The notes beneath the pieces were generated by a model. That model worked only from the letters and a program-made list of their open reading frames with translations, was not told the DNA's origin and ran no database searches. From the NCBI RefSeq assembly GCF_001598795.1, contig NZ_BCZP01000008.1:1-32000 (forward strand): a stretch of DNA of 32,000 nucleotides, given 5' to 3'. Shown in pieces: positions 9,049 through 19,776 of the stretch; position 1 is the first letter of the stretch, and each line of letters begins with the position of its first letter. A program made the translations under genes and the position numbers. The DNA comes from Delftia acidovorans NBRC 14950 (GTDB lineage: Bacteria > Pseudomonadota > Gammaproteobacteria > Burkholderiales > Burkholderiaceae_C).

Positions 9049-9309
9049 TCAGCGCCGTTGCGCCAGGGTGCGGTGCTCTGCGCTGCAGTAGCTGCGGCCG
9101 GCCGCCTCGATGGCCTCGCTGCGCGGCAGGTGCAGGCCGCAGTGCGCGCACTCGACCATGTCCTGTGGAGCCGCCAGCGGCGCATTGGCCGGGTTGGCCG
9201 GGTTGCGCGGCGCAGCGGCCTGGCGCCGCTCGCGGGCCTCGGCACGGCGCTGGCTGCGCCAGACGCCGACGGCAATGATGATGACGATCAGGACCAGCAG
9301 GTACTTCAT
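9049..9309 (-). CDS. Small (86 aa) membrane-anchored protein with a C-terminal CxxC...CxxxH zinc-ribbon-like motif
   Basis: MKYLLVLIVIIIAVGVWRSQRR is a TM anchor, followed by a Pro/Asn-rich linker and MVECAHCGLHLP...SYCSAEH. The ATG at 9309 overlaps the ypjD-like stop (ATGA). Its stop is 2 nt from the kinase ATG. As far as I recall it resembles the small 'PP0621 family' proteins; this is unverified. Confidence 0.65.
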   Translation of the reverse strand: MKYLLVLIVIIIAVGVWRSQRRAEARERRQAAAPRNPANPANAPLAAPQDMVECAHCGLHLPRSEAIEAAGRSYCSAEHRTLAQRR

Positions 9310-10121
9310 GTGGTGCGCTCCAGCAGCACTTCCATGACGAAGCGCGATCCCGCATAGGCCAGCAGCAGCAGCAGGGCGCCTGCATAGAGCATGCGCACGG
9401 CGCTGCGGCCACGCCAGCCAAAGCGCGCACGGCCGATCAGCAGCACGGCAAAGGTCAGCCACGACAGCAGCGAGAACACAGACTTGTGGTTCCAGACCCA
9501 GGCCTTGCCATAGAGCTGCTCGCCGAACAGCCAGCCTGCGGCCAGCGTGGCCGTGAGCAGCACAAAGCCTGCGGACACGAAGCGGAAGGTCAGGCGCTCC
9601 AGTGTGAGAAGCGGCAGGCCGCTGTCATGGCCACCGCCGCCCAGCCGCATGTGCTGCTCGGCGCGTGTCATCAGCGAGGCGTGGACCACGGCGGCCGCGA
9701 ACAGTCCGTAGGAGGCAATGCCCAGTGCCAGGTGCAGCGGCAGCCAGGGCGAGGCGTTGACATGCAGGGGCGTTCCCGGAAACAGCGCGGCCATGAGCAC
9801 GGCGGCCGTGCCCAGCGCTGACAGCGCCAGCTGCGCGCGCATCTTGGGGAACAGCTGCTGCTCGACGCCATAGACGGTGAGCACCAGCCAGGCCGTCATG
9901 GACAGGGCCGGTGCAAAGCCGAAATGAGGCTGCTCCCCGAGCAGTCCCCAGGCCAGGGCCAGGGCGTGGAGCACCCAGGCCAGGCGCAGGGCAATGCGGG
10001 CGCCGGCCTGGCTGATGCGTCGGGCGCCGGCGGCTGGCACGGCATAGGCCACGGCTGCGGCAAGCGCCAGCATCCAGCCCAGGGGCGATACGTTGGCGGA
10101 AATCAGGGGGACGGAGAGCAT
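9306..10121 (-). CDS. ypjD: Cytochrome c assembly (CcsA-like) family inner-membrane protein, YpjD-like
   Basis: Polytopic membrane protein of 271 aa with the W-rich C-terminal half typical of YpjD/CcsA-like proteins (WVWNHKSVFSLLSWL). It has the classical position near ffh. Confidence 0.7.
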   Translation of the reverse strand: MLSVPLISANVSPLGWMLALAAAVAYAVPAAGARRISQAGARIALRLAWVLHALALAWGLLGEQPHFGFAPALSMTAWLVLTVYGVEQQLFPKMRAQLALSALGTAAVLMAALFPGTPLHVNASPWLPLHLALGIASYGLFAAAVVHASLMTRAEQHMRLGGGGHDSGLPLLTLERLTFRFVSAGFVLLTATLAAGWLFGEQLYGKAWVWNHKSVFSLLSWLTFAVLLIGRARFGWRGRSAVRMLYAGALLLLLAYAGSRFVMEVLLERTT

Positions 10122-10204
10122 CTTTCAATGATAGCTGTGGCTTTCCCGCCGCCGGTTGTGCAGGCTCAGAATCCGGGTGCCATGCCGTGGTTCGGCGCGC
10201 ATTT

Positions 10205-11123
10205 TCAGGGCTCCACGGCTGCCTCGATGCGATTGCGCCCCTGGGCCTTGGCCTGGTAGAGCAGGCCGTCCGCCTTCTGCAGCCAGGTTTCCAAAGGCGC
10301 GGCAGACGGCTGCCGCACGGTGAGTACGCCGCAACTGACGGTGAGCTGCGGCGCCGTGGGAGAGGCGGCGTGGGCGATGGACAGGCGCAGCACTTCCTGG
10401 CGGAAATGCTCGGCCATGGCCGGCGCATCGCTTTCGCCGGGGAGGATGAGCGCGAATTCCTCGCCGCCAAAGCGCGCTGCCAGGTCGTAGGGCCGGCGCG
10501 CATGGCGCTGCAGCGTGGCAGCCACGGCCTTGAGCGCCTCGTCCCCCTGCAGATGGCCATAGCAGTCGTTGTATTGCTTGAAGTGGTCTATATCAATGAG
10601 AGCCAGGCCCACGGGCTCGCCCGTGCGCAGGCTGCGGCGGTAGGCGCGCTCCAGCACGTCGTCGAAGTGGCGCCGGTTGGCCAGGCCGGTCAGCCCGTCC
10701 ACCATGGCCAGGCGCTCCAGGGCCTGGCGCTGCAGGGCCAGCCGTATCTGGTTGCGCACGCGCACCTCGACCACGGCGGGGCGTATGGGCTTGGAGACAT
10801 AGTCGGCCGCGCCCAGGCGCAGGCCGTATTCCTCGGCCTCGGCATTGCTCTGTCCGGTGATGAAGATGACGGCGATATGGGCGGTGCGCTCCTGCGCGCG
10901 CAGCGCACCCAGCACCTCGTAGCCGTTCATGCCGGGCATGGCCAGGTCCAGAAGGATCAGCTGCAGGCGGTGGGCTTCGCGGTGGGCGATCACCAGGGCG
11001 CCAGGGCCATCCTTGGCCAGCAGCACTCGGTAGTGGGGGCTCAGCAGCTCGGCCAGCATGCTGCGGTTCAGCCGCTCGTCGTCCACGATGAGGACCGTGG
11101 GCAGCTCCGACCCGGTCAGGGCG

Positions 11124-11131
<8 letters not shown>
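10205..11131 (-). CDS. Response regulator-diguanylate cyclase (REC + GGDEF)
   Basis: REC domain (VLIVDDERLNR, LLDLAMPGMNG, SKP). GGDEF domain with GGEEF and an RxxD I-site (RPYD) five residues upstream. The ATG at 11131 overlaps the upstream kinase stop by 8 nt (ATGCTTGA). Confidence 0.9.
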
Positions 11132-15020
<3,889 letters not shown>

Positions 15021-15136
15021 GAAGACTCCCAGGCGGTAGCAAGCCAGCATTGCGGAATGTGATAGCCATAAACTATGGAAACATTGCGCATGTTACTGCT
15101 GGCCGGTGCCTGCCGTGGGGCACGGAAGGCCGGTAC

Positions 15137-15164
15137 TTACCCCGGCAGGGGCAGCGGGTAGAAT
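15137..15164 (+). promoter_or_regulatory. Candidate sigma-70 promoter for ffh
   Basis: TTACCC-16 nt-TAGAAT lies about 115 nt upstream of the ffh ATG. This is pattern match only. Confidence 0.3.
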
Positions 15165-15277
15165 CATCGGGATCTGCAGGGTCCGTGCCGCGACCCGGCC
15201 CCACTTGGCCACCTGGCCCCGGCTGGCTCGCTGCAGCACACCTTTTCCTTTCCGACGACTCCAGTTCCTCCCCGCTT

Positions 15278-16672
15278 ATGGCCTCCGCTCTGACCGACAA
15301 ACTTTCGCGACTCGTCAAGGAGATGCGCGGCCAGGCCCGCATCACCGAATCCAACGTGCAGGACATGCTGCGCGAAGTGCGCATGGCCCTGCTCGAGGCC
15401 GACGTGGCCCTGCCCGTGGTGCGCGACTTCGTTGCGCGCGTCAAGGAAAAGGCGCTGGGCCAGGAGGTGCTGGGCTCGCTGCAGCCGGGCCAGCTGCTGG
15501 TGTCCATCGTCAACAAGGAACTCGCCGCCACCATGGGCGAGGGCGTGGCCGACATCAACCTCAACGCCCAGCCGCCGGCCGTCATCCTGATGGCCGGCCT
15601 GCAGGGCGCCGGCAAGACCACGACCACGGCCAAGCTGGCCAAGCACCTGATCGAGCGGCGCAAGAAGAAGGTGCTCACCGTGTCGGGCGACGTGTACCGC
15701 CCCGCCGCCATCGAGCAGCTCAAGACCGTGACCGCCCAGGCCGGTGCCGAGTGGTTCCCTTCTACGCCCGACCAGAAGCCGCACGACATCGCCGTGGCCG
15801 CGCTGGACTACGCCAAGCGCCACTTCTTTGACGTGCTGCTGGTCGATACGGCCGGCCGCCTGGCCATCGACGAGCTGCTGATGGCCGAGATCAAGGATCT
15901 GCACGCCACGCTCAAGCCGGTCGAGACCCTGTTCGTCGTCGATGCCATGCAGGGCCAGGATGCGATCAACACGGCCAAGGCCTTCAAGGAAGCGCTGCCC
16001 CTGACCGGCATCGTGCTGACCAAGCTCGACGGCGACTCGCGCGGTGGCGCGGCGCTGTCGGTGCGGCAGATCACGGGCGCCCCCATCAAGTTCGCCGGCG
16101 TGTCCGAGAAGATCGACGGCCTGGAGGTGTTCGACGCCGACCGCCACGCGCAGCGCGTGCTGGGCATGGGCGACATCGTGGCCCTGGTCGAGCAGGTCAC
16201 CAAGGGCGTGGACATGGAGGCCGCGCAGAAGCTGGCCGAGAAGGTCAAGAGCGGCGACGGCTTCGACCTCAACGACTTCCTGGCCCAGATCCAGCAGATG
16301 AAGCAGATGGGCGGCCTGTCCAACCTCATGGACAAGCTGCCGGCCCAGCTCACGGCCAAGGCCGGCCAGGTGGACATGGACAAGGCCGAGCGCGAGATCC
16401 GCCGCAAGGAAGGCATCATCTGCTCCATGACCGCCAAGGAGCGCAAGAAGCCCGAGATCATCAAGGCCACGCGCAAGAAGCGCATTGCCGATGGCGCGGG
16501 CGTGCAGGTCCAGGAAGTCAACCGCCTGCTCAAGGAGTTCGAGCAGATGCAGGAGATGATGAAGAAGATGAAGGGCGGCGGCCTCATGAAGATGATGAAA
16601 CGCATGGGCGGCATGAAGGCCATGAAGGGAATGATGGGCGGTGGCGGCGGCATGCCCAAGCTCCCGTTCTGA
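15278..16672 (+). CDS. ffh: Signal recognition particle protein Ffh
   Basis: N-terminus MASALTDKLSRLVKEMRG; GTPase motifs GLQGAGKTTT, DTAGR, TKLD; Met-rich M-domain tail. Start is ATG 15278; the track extension to 15050 is non-coding-like. Confidence 0.95.
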   Translation: MASALTDKLSRLVKEMRGQARITESNVQDMLREVRMALLEADVALPVVRDFVARVKEKALGQEVLGSLQPGQLLVSIVNKELAATMGEGVADINLNAQPPAVILMAGLQGAGKTTTTAKLAKHLIERRKKKVLTVSGDVYRPAAIEQLKTVTAQAGAEWFPSTPDQKPHDIAVAALDYAKRHFFDVLLVDTAGRLAIDELLMAEIKDLHATLKPVETLFVVDAMQGQDAINTAKAFKEALPLTGIVLTKLDGDSRGGAALSVRQITGAPIKFAGVSEKIDGLEVFDADRHAQRVLGMGDIVALVEQVTKGVDMEAAQKLAEKVKSGDGFDLNDFLAQIQQMKQMGGLSNLMDKLPAQLTAKAGQVDMDKAEREIRRKEGIICSMTAKERKKPEIIKATRKKRIADGAGVQVQEVNRLLKEFEQMQEMMKKMKGGGLMKMMKRMGGMKAMKGMMGGGGGMPKLPF

Positions 16673-16714
16673 TGGGCACCGCCTGAGCCGCCGGGCCGCG
16701 CGCTCTTTCCCGCC

Positions 16715-16746
16715 AAGCCGCAGCGCAGCCTGCGGCTTTTCTTTTG
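16715..16746 (+). terminator. Rho-independent terminator after ffh
   Basis: AAGCCGCAG-cgcagc-CTGCGGCTT is a 9-bp stem followed by TTCTTTT. Confidence 0.75.
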
Positions 16747-16778
16747 GCCGCGAGGGCTTTGTGAGAACATGCAGCGCC

Positions 16779-17333
16779 ATGAAGGCTGGTGTTTCGACTT
16801 CCCTTGCAGTGTCTCCGGTGACCGGGGCGCGGCTCTCGCGCCGTGACTGGGGTCTGCTGGCGGCCGCCGTGCTGCTGGCTGGCTGCTCGTCCGCACCACG
16901 CAAAGGCTCGGGCCCGGCGCCGGTGCCTTCGCCGCAGGCGCTCAATCTGGACGGCGAATTGCGCGAGGCGCTGCTGGCGCGCACCATGCTTGTGGTCAAC
17001 ACGCCCTATACCTACGGCGGCAATTCGCCCGAAGGCGGTTTCGACTGCAGCGGCCTGATCCAGTGGGCCGTGGGCGGCATCACCGAAAACCGCCTGCCGC
17101 GCACCACGGCGCAGTGGGCGCAGTTCAGCAATCCCGTGGGCAGCCGCAGCCTGCAGCGCGGCGACTTCGTGTTCTTCAATACCCTGGGCTCGCGCTATTC
17201 GCACATGGGCATCTTTGTGGGCAACGGCCAGTTCGTGCATGCACCGTCCAGCGGCGGCACGGTGCAGCGCGTGCGCATGGACAACATCTATTTCGCCAAG
17301 CGCTTCACCGAGGCGCGCAGCATCTTCGCCTGA
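16779..17333 (+). CDS. NlpC/P60 (C40) family peptidoglycan endopeptidase lipoprotein
   Basis: Lipobox LLAGCSS. Catalytic Cys context GGFDCSGLIQW and His context YSHMGIFVGNGQFVHAP. Start at ATG 16779. Confidence 0.85.
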   Translation: MKAGVSTSLAVSPVTGARLSRRDWGLLAAAVLLAGCSSAPRKGSGPAPVPSPQALNLDGELREALLARTMLVVNTPYTYGGNSPEGGFDCSGLIQWAVGGITENRLPRTTAQWAQFSNPVGSRSLQRGDFVFFNTLGSRYSHMGIFVGNGQFVHAPSSGGTVQRVRMDNIYFAKRFTEARSIFA

Positions 17334-17413
17334 ACGCTGGCCGGGCGACGGGTTTGAGCCGGGTCTTCAATCGATGAGTCAATCAAGATTCCAGGGAAAT
17401 CCAGGGTGTCGGA

Positions 17414-17818
17414 ATGCGTAACAAGCTCGAATTCGCACTGCGCCTGCGCCAGGCCATCGAGGCTGCGGGACTGGAGCCCCGGCCCAGCGTGCTTCTGAAG
17501 CTGTTCAATTCCAGTTACTGGGGGCGGCCGATCTCGTTCCAGGCGGTCTCGCGCTGGCTGAACGGCGAGGCCGTTCCCGAGCAGGACAAGCTGGTGCTGC
17601 TGGCGGGTTTGCTCGAGGTCGAGCCCGATGTGTTGCGCTATGGCGAGTCGGCCCACCGGTCCCCGCCGTCCCTGCCGTCGCCGCTCGAATGCCAGGAGCC
17701 GGGCGTGGGCTATCTCGAACGCGAAACCTTCGATGCCTTTCTGAAGCTGCCCGCGCCTCAGCGCCAGGTGGTGCGGGAGGTGATCCTCACCTTCGCCAAG
17801 GTGCATGGCGAAGGCTGA
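17414..17818 (+). CDS. XRE/Cro-C1-type helix-turn-helix transcriptional regulator
   Basis: The N-terminal segment FALRLRQAIEAAGL...ISFQAVSRWLNGEAVPEQDKLVLLAGLLEV is HTH_3-like. GC3 is high throughout. Confidence 0.7.
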   Translation: MRNKLEFALRLRQAIEAAGLEPRPSVLLKLFNSSYWGRPISFQAVSRWLNGEAVPEQDKLVLLAGLLEVEPDVLRYGESAHRSPPSLPSPLECQEPGVGYLERETFDAFLKLPAPQRQVVREVILTFAKVHGEG

Positions 17819-17866
17819 GCACCGGGCAGGGTAGGCAGCACAGGCGGCGCACCCGCCTGGCGGCAG

Positions 17867-18541
17867 TCACCGGACGGCCTGCTGCTGCCAGGGCATGGCA
17901 TGCCAGGGGTGGCGCGGATCGGCCACCCACTGCTGCACTTGCTCGGGCGTCACGCTGCGCCCCAGCACGTCGGCGCGGCCACGGGCCAGCCACTGGCTGC
18001 GGCCGCGTGCGTAGGCCTGGCCGAAGGCCTGCCAGCTGTCAAAGCAATCCCGCGCGCGGCATGCGTTCAGGTGCAGGATCTGCTGGTGCAGGGCCTCGTC
18101 CACCCAGCCCAGCAGCCAGGCGCAGCGCACATGGAAGGCCACGCGCGCGCAGGCAAAGGCCATGGCGGCATGGGGATCGTCACCGGCCTGCAGGCGCTGC
18201 AGGTCCAGCGTGAACCAGCGCTGGCGCAGGCCATCGGGCAACTGGCGTGCGATCTGGGCATCGTCCAGGTCGGTGCGCAGGCCCAGGTGGTGCAGCACCA
18301 TGGGGCGCAGCTGGGTGGTCAGGGCGGAGTCGGCGCCGTTGAGCTGCCGGTCCGCAAAGCCGCCCTGGATGGCGTGAAAGGCCATGGGATGGGCCAGGGC
18401 CAGGGCCCAGTCCAGTGCCGCGTCACCGCTGCGGTAGCTGCTGAAGTCGCCGCGTTGGCGCGACGCACGCATGCGCCGCAGGCCGGCGCGCACTGCCCAC
18501 CAGAGCAGTGCAGACAGCACAACAAGGGTGAAGGCGTTCAT
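17867..18541 (-). CDS. Membrane-anchored DUF1266-like protein (224 aa)
   Basis: N-terminal TM helix AFTLVVLSALLWWAV. The C-terminal part, AMAFACARVAFHVRCAWLLGWVDEALH...FDSWQAFGQAYARGRSQW, resembles the DUF1266 signature (E. coli YbeR/YbeU) from memory. The ATG at 18541 overlaps the upstream stop (ATGA). Confidence 0.6.
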   Translation of the reverse strand: MNAFTLVVLSALLWWAVRAGLRRMRASRQRGDFSSYRSGDAALDWALALAHPMAFHAIQGGFADRQLNGADSALTTQLRPMVLHHLGLRTDLDDAQIARQLPDGLRQRWFTLDLQRLQAGDDPHAAMAFACARVAFHVRCAWLLGWVDEALHQQILHLNACRARDCFDSWQAFGQAYARGRSQWLARGRADVLGRSVTPEQVQQWVADPRHPWHAMPWQQQAVR

Positions 18542-19776
18542 CGCGGATTTCCTGTCCTGCCCGGTGTTCCCGGCGATCCCGGCGATCCCGCCCGGCGCCG
18601 CGCCAGCTCCAGCGACTGCTGCAGGGCCGCGCTGCGCGGCATGCGCTCGAAGGCGGGCACGGGCACGGTGTCGCGGCGTGCCGCGACCAGCCATTGCATC
18701 AGGGGCGACCGGATGTCCAACTGCACCAGCAGCGCCGGGTGGGACTGCAGCAGCCACAGCTGCTCGGCCTCGGTGTGCAGCTCGCTGGCCGCGCACCAGG
18801 CAGCCGCGCTGCCCGTGGCCAGCAGCTGTGCCGGTCGGCGCACGATGCCCATGGCCAGGGCGTCCGCTGGCGCCTCGCCATCGGTATCGAGGTGATTGAG
18901 CAGGGCCAGCACATCGGCCAGGTAGCGCGCAATCGGCGGGCGGTTCTGCTTGCCCTTGATCTGGTCGATGCGCAGCCGCCCGTCGTCCCGCACCTGGGCG
19001 CTGACGGTGATGCGCGGCTGGGCCGTGCCCGTGCGGTAGCTGAACAGCCGCAGCCGGCCCTGCTCACAGGCTTCGGCGTAGTGCTCGCCATAGCCGCCGC
19101 GCAGTGCGCCGCGCTCGCTGAACTGGCCCAGGCAGTGGCGCATCATCTGGCTTTCATAGGCCATTTCGGCGCGCAGGTCCCGGCTTTGGGCATCGAATTC
19201 GACGAAGACACCCAGCTGGCCACGCAGCAGCGGGCGGACGGCGCCGGGCCGGTGCTCGGCCCAGCCGCTGTCGCTTCTCCGGGCGAAGGCCAGGTGCTCC
19301 AGCGTCCAGCGCGCCAGCGCCTGCGGGCAGTTGATGCGCTGCAGCTTGCCCTCCAGCGCGGTGCCGCGCCGGGTGGACAGGAACTCCAGCAGCCGGCTCT
19401 CCAGCGCCAGCAGGGGTGCGCTGTCGGGCTCCACCCACCACAGCGGCGCGCTGCCGTCGGCCGCAGGCCTGTCCGGTGACAGCGGCTGGCGGGCCGCATG
19501 TTCGCGCAGGCGCTCCAGCGCCCAGGCGGCAGGCTCGGCGCGCCGGTGCAGGCGCAGCAGCTCGGCCTGCGTGGACACGGGCTGCACGGCAGGCGGATCG
19601 GCTTCGAGGTTGCCGATCACATGGCGGTAGAAGTGGTTGGCCAGCCAGGCGGCGATCTCCTCGCTGTCGCCGCGTGCGGCGCTGCGCTCGCGGATGCGCT
19701 GCTTGATGGCCGGCGCATTGACCACGTCGCGCGGCCGATAGGCACTGGCGGCGTTGGCACCGGCGCCCGGGTTCAC
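18538..19776 (-). CDS. PcfJ-like domain protein (412 aa), GTG start
   Basis: MRHCLGQF...GRLRLFSYR...PRITVSAQV...LRIDQIKGKQNRPP resembles the PcfJ-like (PF14284) core from memory. The only in-frame starts clear of the upstream gene are GTGs. GTG 19776 overlaps the upstream TGA (GTGA). The first in-frame ATG inside the gene is more than 200 codons downstream. Confidence 0.6.
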   Translation of the reverse strand: MNPGAGANAASAYRPRDVVNAPAIKQRIRERSAARGDSEEIAAWLANHFYRHVIGNLEADPPAVQPVSTQAELLRLHRRAEPAAWALERLREHAARQPLSPDRPAADGSAPLWWVEPDSAPLLALESRLLEFLSTRRGTALEGKLQRINCPQALARWTLEHLAFARRSDSGWAEHRPGAVRPLLRGQLGVFVEFDAQSRDLRAEMAYESQMMRHCLGQFSERGALRGGYGEHYAEACEQGRLRLFSYRTGTAQPRITVSAQVRDDGRLRIDQIKGKQNRPPIARYLADVLALLNHLDTDGEAPADALAMGIVRRPAQLLATGSAAAWCAASELHTEAEQLWLLQSHPALLVQLDIRSPLMQWLVAARRDTVPVPAFERMPRSAALQQSLELARRRAGSPGSPGTPGRTGNPR

